Source: a virus. From it: 64,000 nucleotides of DNA. The notes under the pieces were generated by a model. The model was not told the DNA's origin. It saw nothing but the letters and a program-made list of their open reading frames with translations, and searched no databases. The stretch's first letter is position 1; every line of letters starts with the position of its first letter. Made by a program: the position numbers and the translations under genes. Location of the stretch: the IMG/VR virus record IMGVR_UViG_3300021197_001769; one strand, 5' to 3'. Shown in pieces: positions 29,035 through 37,922 of this stretch.

Positions 29035-30080
29035 TGTTCTTCTCCGTTCCTTAATAATGTTATAGCGCTATCTCTATTTCCTGCTCCAGTACATTTTCTT
29101 GCACATATAGGATTAGGTTTATCTGATTCCCAACTTTCCATTAAACCTGTTAAAAAAGGACTAGTATCAAAAAATTCTTCTGCAGAAATATTATGTAAGT
29201 TATCTAAAGGATCTATTGTTCTATGTTGGAAACCAAAATAGCAACACGGTTGTGCAAATCCATCATGGTTAACGAATAACCACCCTTTTCTGCCATCTAG
29301 TCTTTTTAACGCTTTACAATGAATTTTAGGTTTAGATCCATCATTAAGTGTCTTTTTAGGTTGACCCGGAGGTGCTTTAACCGAACCAAATGCTTTAGAG
29401 TTAATAGGCTTCTTGCCTTTTATTAACTTAGGTACAAAGTTCATTCCTAATTTTTCTGTAGATTTTCTAGCTGAAGCTATATAAGTAAATCTATGAAAAC
29501 CCATTTCAACAGCCATCTTATTAGCTTCTTTAACTTGATTATAATTATGGTTAAACATAATAAACTTCCATGAAGCTAATCCTCCAGCTGCTATAAATGC
29601 TTTAGCGTTTCTCATAAGTTTATTCCAATCAGCTCCTACTCTATAGATATGATTAGTATCTTCTAGACCATCAATAGCAAACTCAACATCTAATCTTTTA
29701 TCACCATTAGGTCTTTTATACTTGTTAGATATCTCCCCTATCCTAGTAAAGAACTTCTCATTTCTAGTAGCACCATTAGTACTAATTGAAATTCTTGTAC
29801 TAGGAAATTCTTCTATTAAGTATTCAATAATTTTATCTGCTTCAGGATGTATTAATGGTTCGTCAATCTGACCTGAAAAACTAATTATTGCAAGCTTTGG
29901 TAAAGTTTCAATAGTAAACCATTTCTTAATATCTTCTAAATGCATATAATTAGTATTAAGGAATGGAAGAGCAGCTGGATTAGCTAGTCTTTCGCATCCA
30001 GGGCAAGCTAAATTACAATAAGAAGTTAACTCTAATTGTAGTTTTTCAGTTTCTTTTGCTCCTATTGGCCACTTAAGCAT
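29010..30080 (-). CDS. Radical SAM/SPASM protein
   Basis: CNLACPGC, STNG, AIDGLEDTNHIYR, QPCC, CARKC; paralog of 24899..25921. Confidence 0.93.
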   Translation of the reverse strand: MLKWPIGAKETEKLQLELTSYCNLACPGCERLANPAALPFLNTNYMHLEDIKKWFTIETLPKLAIISFSGQIDEPLIHPEADKIIEYLIEEFPSTRISISTNGATRNEKFFTRIGEISNKYKRPNGDKRLDVEFAIDGLEDTNHIYRVGADWNKLMRNAKAFIAAGGLASWKFIMFNHNYNQVKEANKMAVEMGFHRFTYIASARKSTEKLGMNFVPKLIKGKKPINSKAFGSVKAPPGQPKKTLNDGSKPKIHCKALKRLDGRKGWLFVNHDGFAQPCCYFGFQHRTIDPLDNLHNISAEEFFDTSPFLTGLMESWESDKPNPICARKCTGAGNRDSAITLLRNGEEQWEVVKNR

Positions 30081-31371
30081 TTTTTAAAACCTCATATTCA
30101 TCTTTTAGTTCTTTCCAATACTTTATACAAGAAGGATTCTGTTTTCTAATCTCGCACATAGTTTCAATATATTCAATAAACTTTATAAATTTAGGTATTC
30201 TTTCCTCTTCGTCCCATACAGTTAACATCTTATTAAAATTTTTAACTGCATTATGGTGACTTCTTCTAAATATCTCTCTAGCTTCATCAATATACCATCT
30301 AGGTAAAACTCTATAATCTAGATAAGTAGGATTAACAACTAATGTAGGTATACTTCCTACACCGCCATTTTTATAATTCTTATCTGTCTTTTCTATAAAG
30401 TTAAAAATATTATCAATGTCTAATAAGTTACAAGCCATAGCAGTTACAGACCAATTAATTCTTAACTGAGGTTCAATTATTGTTCTATTATCTTTTAGAG
30501 GTTCTATTTTTTCTTTTAACCAACAATCGTGTTTATTTTTTTTCATTTCATGAAAGGTATCTATATACCAATTTACATTATCACTTATAGTTTTAGTAGT
30601 AGCAGTTTTATGTCCTCTAATAAGATTATACAACTCTCCTGTACCTTCAATACTTATTATAAGTCTTATTCTATGAAAGTTAGACCACATAGTAAGAAGC
30701 TTTTTATCTCTATAAGTCATATTTGTAATATATTTTAACGTTATATTTTTTGATACTCCATGATTAATAAACACATCTAATAGATCATATCTTTCATCTT
30801 GATATAAAGGTTCTCCACCTTTAACTTCTATCATTCTAACGTTTTGTGTAAGACTAGGAAACTCTAATAGATCAGATATAGTGTTATGTTTAACTCTAAT
30901 CATACCTGGTCTAGATTCTCTATTGAACTTATTATTTTCAATCTTGACTAATTTTTCTTCTTCTTTTAACCAACCAGTTGAACTATGAACTCCACAATGT
31001 AAACATTTCAAATTACATTTATTACTTAGATCTAAATCCATCATAAGTATTTTAGGTTTAGTCATTTCATCAGTAATATAAGGTTCTAAGTTTCTTCTAT
31101 AATCATCTGCTCTAGTTTTACCTGCTTGACCTCTTAACTTACATACATTACAATTAGAAGGATACTTACCTTCATTAATATCTTTTCTTAACCAATCCCA
31201 ACTTCTAAATTTATTTCTAATATTATTACCTACATTAGTATCTAAATTTTTATCCCAAGCATCATGATCACCTTTCATATTGTATACACAACAAGGTACC
31301 ACTTGACCCGTAGAGTCAACGTTCACAGAAGTAAAAGGAGCTACGCAAGGTTTATCTAGCAACGAACGCAT
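30073..31371 (-). CDS. Radical SAM protein with N-terminal twitch/SPASM-like domain (start re-called to ATG at 31371)
   Basis: CVAPF..VPCC..CNVC; CNLKCLHC; KGGEP; YITN. Paralogs start a few residues before the first Cys. Confidence 0.9.
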   Translation of the reverse strand: MRSLLDKPCVAPFTSVNVDSTGQVVPCCVYNMKGDHDAWDKNLDTNVGNNIRNKFRSWDWLRKDINEGKYPSNCNVCKLRGQAGKTRADDYRRNLEPYITDEMTKPKILMMDLDLSNKCNLKCLHCGVHSSTGWLKEEEKLVKIENNKFNRESRPGMIRVKHNTISDLLEFPSLTQNVRMIEVKGGEPLYQDERYDLLDVFINHGVSKNITLKYITNMTYRDKKLLTMWSNFHRIRLIISIEGTGELYNLIRGHKTATTKTISDNVNWYIDTFHEMKKNKHDCWLKEKIEPLKDNRTIIEPQLRINWSVTAMACNLLDIDNIFNFIEKTDKNYKNGGVGSIPTLVVNPTYLDYRVLPRWYIDEAREIFRRSHHNAVKNFNKMLTVWDEEERIPKFIKFIEYIETMCEIRKQNPSCIKYWKELKDEYEVLKNA

Positions 31372-32590
31372 CCATTTCTTCTGCCATATCAGGTAACAGA
31401 TCTCTCCAAGATATATCAACTTGTTGTTTAACATCTAAGGTATCTGAAAATTCTATAAACTTAGGAATAAGTTCAGTCATGTCTCCATCTAATGTATTAA
31501 TAGCATCCATAAAATGAGGATTATTTGCAAACTTAGAAGTTCTTAATTTATTTTTTATTTGTTGTTTAAACTTAGGAGGTATAACTCTACAATCTAAGAA
31601 CGTAGGATAATTGACTCTATGAGTGTGTAATTCTATACCCATATCTTCAAAGTCTTTAGCTATCTCTGGCATAAACCATATGTTGTAAACTTGTAAAGTC
31701 AATGCACCAGCTATCTTATAAAGTTTAGGATGATCAATTACCTTTAAAATGTTTTCTTGTACTACTTTATAATCACCTAACTGTCTAATATAATTATAGA
31801 TATCCCCTGTACCGTCAATACTAATATTAATATGAACTCTTTTAAAACTATTCCACATTTCTAAGACATTGTCTTTCTTATAATTTAACTTAGTCATATT
31901 AGTAGCATATCTTAATGATACTTTATCTGCTTCTCCGTACTCCATAATATAATGTAAGACTTTATAATGTAAAGGATCAGTTAGAGGCTCACCTCCTGCA
32001 AAATATATCTCTCTAAAGTATGGACATAATGCTTTAAACTCATCCCAGAACTCTTCAGTGTGCCATTTACTAACATAAGGTTTTCTTTCTATGTTAAACT
32101 GCTCTACTTTTTCATAAGTACTCTTATTATGCTTTTGCATTAATCCTTTTATTGCACCCCAGTCTTGAGCCCAAGAAGTACTATCTACTGGATGACACAT
32201 TCTACACTTTAAGTTACAAAGATTAGATAACTTAGCTTCAAAGGTAGGTATCTTGAAAGGCATAAAACCATCTTCATCCATCTCTTCCCATACAGGTCCG
32301 AAAGTCTTAATATGATTCTTTACTGTCCTTTGTCTCATAGATCTTATACCTTGATCTTCATGCTTCCAACAAGCATTACACTCAGGAGACTTTATACCAG
32401 ATAATAATTCTTTTCTAATAGCTCTCATTCTTGGGTTGTTCCAAGCTTCTTCTAAGCTCTCGTCTTGTATATTACTAGTTGGTCTAGCTCTACAACAAGG
32501 TTTTATTTCACCTGCGGTTTTTGTAGCTATATGTACAAAAGGAAATGTACAAAAAACGTCGTCATTTACTGTTGCTCTTTTAAAGTTCAT
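31352..32590 (-). CDS. Radical SAM protein with N-terminal twitch/SPASM-like domain
   Basis: FCTFPFVH..KPCC..CNAC; CNLKCRMC; AGGEP; YATN. Confidence 0.94.
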   Translation of the reverse strand: MNFKRATVNDDVFCTFPFVHIATKTAGEIKPCCRARPTSNIQDESLEEAWNNPRMRAIRKELLSGIKSPECNACWKHEDQGIRSMRQRTVKNHIKTFGPVWEEMDEDGFMPFKIPTFEAKLSNLCNLKCRMCHPVDSTSWAQDWGAIKGLMQKHNKSTYEKVEQFNIERKPYVSKWHTEEFWDEFKALCPYFREIYFAGGEPLTDPLHYKVLHYIMEYGEADKVSLRYATNMTKLNYKKDNVLEMWNSFKRVHINISIDGTGDIYNYIRQLGDYKVVQENILKVIDHPKLYKIAGALTLQVYNIWFMPEIAKDFEDMGIELHTHRVNYPTFLDCRVIPPKFKQQIKNKLRTSKFANNPHFMDAINTLDGDMTELIPKFIEFSDTLDVKQQVDISWRDLLPDMAEEMDAFVAR

Positions 32591-33653
32591 GTCCTACCCT
32601 TACTAGATCCCCGTATATAAGATCTTTTACTTTTGTTGTATTAAGATCAGCAGCGCATGCGCACCAATTTCTTATACAAGGTTCTGGTTTACTAATCATA
32701 GTAAACTCTTTAAAAATGTTCCCTAGTTTTTTAGTTCTACAAGTAGCATTCCATACATCACCGCTAGGTTCTATTCTTAGACTTTGTATACCAGCCCAAC
32801 AATACCAACCTAGATATTGATTATTTTTAGCTACTGTAAACTCATTTACGTTAGTCTCTCTATTACTTACTTCATAGTTATCGTTTACTTCATGTGCAAT
32901 AACATTTTTAAAATCTGATACTGGAATATTTTTAAGATAGTTTAGTTCTTCATCAGTATAATAGCCTTTATCGCCGCTATAATCTGGTCTACCATCTGAA
33001 CCAGTTAAATTTATTGACGCTATTTGTTTATCATTATCAAAAGGTAATCTCATTTCTTTATTATCTTCTCTATAAGCAGGTCTTATTCTTCTTATTGAAA
33101 CTGCTATACCTTTTTTTCTAAACTCATCTATTTGCTTAGCTGCTTTATCAAATACTGTAGGTAGCATCATCATGTGAACATGTAAGTGTTGAAGGTTACC
33201 TGCTTCATGAACTGCATAGACACTATCAGGTATCTTTTCAACGTCATGATATTCCATATGATAAGAAAATATCATAGAGTTCACATACTGTGATAACTCT
33301 ACATAATACTTTGTAGTTCTAGAACCATTAGTAGTAATACTAAACTGATTAATTCTATCACCGTATTTTTCTTTACCATATTTACAAAAGTCAAATAAGT
33401 GTTTACATATAGTAGGTTCACCACCAGTAAAAGAAAGTCTAATCTTTTTATCAGTAGTATTCATTATCTTATCTAATGTAGCTTTCATTGTATCTAAGTC
33501 AGGGAAACCTGAACTATGATCATGCGTATGCTTATCACAATAAGAACAGTGAAAGTTACATCTCTTAGAAATGAACCATTCTATCTTTACTAAATTATCT
33601 GAATTTTTATTGTTATGCTCTACAGCTACTTTTTTAGATAACATTTTAGCCAA
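32580..33653 (-). CDS. Radical SAM protein with C-terminal SPASM-like domain
   Basis: CNFHCSYC, TGGEPT, TTNGS, CWAG..ATC..C...C.CAAD; paralog of 23097..24152. Confidence 0.93.
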   Translation of the reverse strand: MAKMLSKKVAVEHNNKNSDNLVKIEWFISKRCNFHCSYCDKHTHDHSSGFPDLDTMKATLDKIMNTTDKKIRLSFTGGEPTICKHLFDFCKYGKEKYGDRINQFSITTNGSRTTKYYVELSQYVNSMIFSYHMEYHDVEKIPDSVYAVHEAGNLQHLHVHMMMLPTVFDKAAKQIDEFRKKGIAVSIRRIRPAYREDNKEMRLPFDNDKQIASINLTGSDGRPDYSGDKGYYTDEELNYLKNIPVSDFKNVIAHEVNDNYEVSNRETNVNEFTVAKNNQYLGWYCWAGIQSLRIEPSGDVWNATCRTKKLGNIFKEFTMISKPEPCIRNWCACAADLNTTKVKDLIYGDLVRVGHEL

Positions 33654-35047
33654 TCCATATCTGGGTATATTTTATCAAAATCTTGACCTCTAGTTTCTGC
33701 TACAGTATAACACCACTCAGCAGTCTCAGGTAATCTTTCTGACCAATCTTCAGCATCCATAAAGTTTAAAAGACCTTCTAATCTTTTAATACCATATTCA
33801 CTATTACGCCATTGTTCATAAGATACATTGTGCTCTTTAACACCTGTACATTTTTGCCAATTTTGTTCTAGCCAAGGATACAAATCTTGTTCCCATTTAA
33901 GTCTGACTTCTTCTTTAAAAAAAGTAGGTAAAGCTTTAACGTTCAACTGAGGGGGCCAATAAGCTAAGTGACAACTAAATATACCTGCACCAGAAGGCCA
34001 CTGATTAAGTAGTTTAAACTCACTGTTTATTTTCCACTTAATAAATTCTGGTACGTAAAAATAATTAATTGCCATTCCTGTAAAAGCAGTAGTAAGCATT
34101 AAATTACCATGAGGGTAATTATCTAATACATGCATCTGCTTTTCTAAATGTTTAAACTCTGCAGGGTATCTAACAAAGTTTAATCTGTCTTCAATATCAT
34201 CTATACTAAAATGATATATTACTTTCTTGAAATGTTTCCATAAATCGAATAGATCATCTCTCCATTCTAAACCATTAGAGTTATATCTTACTTCCATTTG
34301 AGAAGCATAACCTTCTCTTATACATTTTTCTAATAGTTCATAATGCTCATCATGTATTAGAGGTTCACCACCTGCCCAATACAATTGTTTAATATGAGGT
34401 ATTTGAGTATATAATTCTGGAAAAAAATCTTTATTCTTTTTATGCCAGTTATATGAACCACCGGACCAAGCTAACTTACCTGACTCTTTTTCCCAAGCCA
34501 TAGTACTTTTAAGTTTTTTGTTTTTTAAATTAGACCATATTTTTTTATGGTCAGGTACCCAGTTAGATGAATCATGCGGTGAGCACATAACACATGCTAA
34601 TTGACATTTAGATCCTAATCTTAAGTCTACGTATCTGACTTGAGCAGGTACTTCACCAGTTTCAGTATCGTAACCTTGTAGTATAGATTCAATACCTTCA
34701 TCTCTAATCCACTTATCAGTTTCCCATTGTCTTTTAGATCTATGTCCAGCTTCTTCTTCCTTATAACATTTAAGACATGATGCTGGTTTTTCACCTCTCA
34801 TCATAGTCTTTCTAGTTTCTTTCATATAGGTATTATTCCAAGCTTCAAGTAAACCAGTAGTTGCTAGGTTAGCAGGTTTACCGTCTTCTCTTCTTAATAC
34901 ACCTACTTCTGAAGCTGTTTTATTTGTACTATCTGCATTCTGTACTCCAGATGCATTAGCAGTACAACAGACACGCATATGTCCATTAGGTCTAGTACTT
35001 ACATGCATCCATGGAAGTGCACAAAACGTTTCTGAAGGATAAGCCAT
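33626..35047 (-). CDS. Radical SAM protein with N-terminal twitch/SPASM-like domain
   Basis: FCALPWMH..RVCC..CLKC; CQLACVMC; AGGEP; YNSNG; VRYP. Confidence 0.94.
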   Translation of the reverse strand: MAYPSETFCALPWMHVSTRPNGHMRVCCTANASGVQNADSTNKTASEVGVLRREDGKPANLATTGLLEAWNNTYMKETRKTMMRGEKPASCLKCYKEEEAGHRSKRQWETDKWIRDEGIESILQGYDTETGEVPAQVRYVDLRLGSKCQLACVMCSPHDSSNWVPDHKKIWSNLKNKKLKSTMAWEKESGKLAWSGGSYNWHKKNKDFFPELYTQIPHIKQLYWAGGEPLIHDEHYELLEKCIREGYASQMEVRYNSNGLEWRDDLFDLWKHFKKVIYHFSIDDIEDRLNFVRYPAEFKHLEKQMHVLDNYPHGNLMLTTAFTGMAINYFYVPEFIKWKINSEFKLLNQWPSGAGIFSCHLAYWPPQLNVKALPTFFKEEVRLKWEQDLYPWLEQNWQKCTGVKEHNVSYEQWRNSEYGIKRLEGLLNFMDAEDWSERLPETAEWCYTVAETRGQDFDKIYPDMDWLKCYLKK

Positions 35048-35610
35048 TAGGCTGTTTCCGGAGGCGTCTCTTCAGTTTGTTTAGCAGGATTGTCTAAAAT
35101 AGTTGCTGCGGTCATAGCTACTATTTCCATAAGGTTACCAGCTTTTCTAATCTTAGCTTTAAGTTCTCTATTCTTAGAACTCTTTACTTCATCGATTTCG
35201 AAAGCTTGTAATTTTAATTTAAAAAGATCATCTTGAGTCAACTCTGTAAGGTTAGTAGCTGCAGGGGCTGCAGTTTCACCTTGCTTAGACAACTGTTTTC
35301 CGATATCACTCATTACCTCTGCGGTAATTTCGTTACGTAACTCGTTGTGCTCGCTGATTAATCTTTCGTGGAACTTGGTAGTATTTTCTTCAACAACTGT
35401 TAAAGGAACTTGCTTAACAAACTCTTCGAAGATTGGATTGGGTCCAACTGACACCGTCCTCAAAAATTTGCTAACTCTTTCAGGCGCTTGCCCGTCATAG
35501 CCTTCTACGTGAAAGTGCTCTTCAACGTTGACGTTGATAGTAGTTTTATCATCGTCAACGAAGTAAGCAGTTTCCGGCGTATAGACTGTATTCATAATTT
35601 CCGTTTTCAT
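35047..35610 (-). CDS. Hypothetical protein
   Basis: 187 aa, GGAG RBS, stop overlaps the start of the first radical SAM gene. Confidence 0.6.
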   Translation of the reverse strand: MKTEIMNTVYTPETAYFVDDDKTTINVNVEEHFHVEGYDGQAPERVSKFLRTVSVGPNPIFEEFVKQVPLTVVEENTTKFHERLISEHNELRNEITAEVMSDIGKQLSKQGETAAPAATNLTELTQDDLFKLKLQAFEIDEVKSSKNRELKAKIRKAGNLMEIVAMTAATILDNPAKQTEETPPETA

Positions 35611-35634
35611 AATATATTTTTCTCCGCTTTGCTA

Positions 35635-36567
35635 TTATGTATTAGCTAGTCTTAGATAATGGTTAGTAGTACTTAAACTATTAACATCTCTATAGTATGT
35701 ATGGCCTGATATTACCTGGCCAGATGATGCATTTGTAGAGCCATCATAATGTGTTTCTACAAAACCACCTGCATCAATACCTGATGTAGATGTACTGAAA
35801 GTATAGACTAATTTACTACTTTCATTTATTCTGTTATACAAGAAAGGAGTAAAAAAGCTCTGAATTTCTGCATCTGACATTTCAATAAATCCTGCATTAG
35901 TAGAATTATATCTTACAGGTCTTGAAGTAGTCGGGGCTGACTCTGAAGTCTTCTTGTATAGTGTATAAGTTGTTGTACTTGGTCCACCTGTATTACCAGC
36001 TGTAACTTGTCTATTAGCCATTGTCATACCTGTAGAAGCATATGTACCGTCAGGTGCAGAAGTTGCTAAATGAAACTTACCAACGCCTCCTCCTTCAACA
36101 TCTTGAATGATAGGATCAATAACTGTATCATACATATCAGCTAATGTCTTAGTAGCACCTACATAACCTAATGGTTGTAGGTTATCATAGTCAGCATCTA
36201 CAGCAACTAATGCTCCAGCATTCCAAGTTGTACTATTAGGTTCGTCAGTACTGTTATTATAATTTTGATACATTGTATAGGTAGTTGCTCCTGATGAACC
36301 AGGGGCATTAACGTTTGAGTTGGAAGGTCCTACTCCCCATACGTTACCAATATCAGTAGTTCTTCTACCTTGTGATCTTGATTCATCTGTTACTGCTCCG
36401 ATAGAACTATAACCGGATGGATTTGAATTAATTGTTAAGTGCCCTGGATCATTAGTTCTACCAGCCCAGTATACTCTTACTACGTATGATACGTAATCTA
36501 AATCTGCATCTGACATTTCAATAAGGCCAGATGTTCCGTTAATTTTTAGGGGTCTTCTTACAGTCAT
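35635..36567 (-). CDS. Putative virion structural protein
   Basis: 310 aa, S/T/G-rich; internal duplication RPLKING..IEMSDADL / RPVRYNS..IEMSDAEI. Confidence 0.6.
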   Translation of the reverse strand: MTVRRPLKINGTSGLIEMSDADLDYVSYVVRVYWAGRTNDPGHLTINSNPSGYSSIGAVTDESRSQGRRTTDIGNVWGVGPSNSNVNAPGSSGATTYTMYQNYNNSTDEPNSTTWNAGALVAVDADYDNLQPLGYVGATKTLADMYDTVIDPIIQDVEGGGVGKFHLATSAPDGTYASTGMTMANRQVTAGNTGGPSTTTYTLYKKTSESAPTTSRPVRYNSTNAGFIEMSDAEIQSFFTPFLYNRINESSKLVYTFSTSTSGIDAGGFVETHYDGSTNASSGQVISGHTYYRDVNSLSTTNHYLRLANT

Positions 36568-36601
36568 TTGTCTATTCCTCTTTAAACTGTTATAGTTAGT
36601 T

Positions 36602-36609
36602 TATTTATT
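36602..36609 (-). promoter_or_regulatory. Late-promoter variant AATAAATA upstream of the 310-aa gene and radical SAM operon
   Basis: 7/8 match in the intergenic gap. Confidence 0.55.
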
Positions 36610-36611
36610 TT

Positions 36612-37922
36612 TTACCCGTCTGAGTCAAATCCTACCATAGAAAATACAGTGCTTCCACTTACATTTTTTATTCTTAATCGTTTAGTTTTAGTAAACATAT
36701 CGTTTTGGAACTCAAATCGAGAACCAGCTTTTAGTACACCATTACTAACGTCAAGTGTTCCTTTCATAGTATGAATTGAATCAGAATCGAAAGTTTTTGT
36801 TTCAGATACAGTACCAAAGTTTTGAGTTATAAGAAAACTACCAGAAGTAACTTGTCTCCATTCAGCAAAGGTAGATCCGCCAGATCCATCTGAATCAATT
36901 AAGACAACTCCTTGAGAGATTCTATCTGAATCTGACATGGCTCTAGCTTTAGCTTGAGCGGCAGTAGAGTTCACTACTGACATATCTAGCCAATATAAAT
37001 GACTAGGCTCTGAATCATTTTCAGCACCTGGAGGCTGTATCCACAAATCACCATTTAACCCGGGCTTAGACGAGGTTGCTGCAACTGCAGGAGGGGTGTT
37101 GGATGTTGTAGGTATTCTAGCTGTTAAATCTAGAATAGAGGGATTATTTTGATCTATAGAAACTCTAAATTGATCTGTCCCTTCGTTTATTCCACCTGTC
37201 GCTAATGTTAAATTAGTAACGAAGTATGAATTCTCTGAACCAGAAACGAACTTACGTAATGGTACTGACGTTGAGGTTATTGATTTAACTGAACCTGCCG
37301 TCTTATATGTTTTTATAAAACTTGTTGGTGTTATTGTACCTTGTTTTGCGAAAATATCGTTGTCTGAATCTGATGATTGTATCAATCTTGATACTGTTGT
37401 TCTTGTATGATCTATGTATCTGACAAAATCAGAATCTAAATCATAACTTAATGCTTGATCTGAGTCATCTGTAAAAACTAATACTTGACTAGTTTTACCA
37501 AACTCTCCTAATGCTGTACCGTTGATAACACTAGTAGATGGGTGGTTAGCAGCAACGTGAGTTACAAAATCATTAACCCAATTACCCACTGTAGTATCAT
37601 CACTGTCTATAAAAATAAAAGACTTAGTACCATTATTAAAATTAATACCCACTTTTTGTCCTATGTAAGCAGAACTTATAGGAGAAAAATCTAATAAAAT
37701 ACCCGCATTTTGCTGAAACGTTTCTATTTTATCTGTATAGTCTATATCTTGAAAAGTATTCTTTTTTGTATATAATTTACTTGTAGAAAGGTTTATTGCT
37801 ATTTCACCTTCTAGCAAATCAGTAGCTAGAGGAGCTCCGTCACCGTTCACAGTAGCACTATAAGTCCTTCTATGTTGGTAAAAACCTCTACTAAAATCTG
37901 AATCTACATTAGGGTTAGCCAT
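36612..37922 (-). CDS. Tail-fibre-like protein
   Basis: PLATDLLEGEIAINLSTSKLYTK matches the L.EGE.A.N N-terminal motif of T4-like fibre proteins; about 10 DS[DE]. Confidence 0.7.
   Translation of the reverse strand: MANPNVDSDFSRGFYQHRRTYSATVNGDGAPLATDLLEGEIAINLSTSKLYTKKNTFQDIDYTDKIETFQQNAGILLDFSPISSAYIGQKVGINFNNGTKSFIFIDSDDTTVGNWVNDFVTHVAANHPSTSVINGTALGEFGKTSQVLVFTDDSDQALSYDLDSDFVRYIDHTRTTVSRLIQSSDSDNDIFAKQGTITPTSFIKTYKTAGSVKSITSTSVPLRKFVSGSENSYFVTNLTLATGGINEGTDQFRVSIDQNNPSILDLTARIPTTSNTPPAVAATSSKPGLNGDLWIQPPGAENDSEPSHLYWLDMSVVNSTAAQAKARAMSDSDRISQGVVLIDSDGSGGSTFAEWRQVTSGSFLITQNFGTVSETKTFDSDSIHTMKGTLDVSNGVLKAGSRFEFQNDMFTKTKRLRIKNVSGSTVFSMVGFDSDG

Noticed and set aside
31372-31434. ORF-track start of the 453-aa radical SAM protein
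   Set aside because: It would overlap the upstream gene by 83 nt; the ATG at 31371 matches the N-termini of the paralogs
23097-35047. 7-deazaguanine DNA-modification cluster (QueC plus QueE-like radical SAM)
   Set aside because: The radical SAM proteins are 340-470 aa with auxiliary Cys domains, unlike QueE, and no folE, queD or dpdA is visible. Only this window was seen, so it is not excluded genome-wide.
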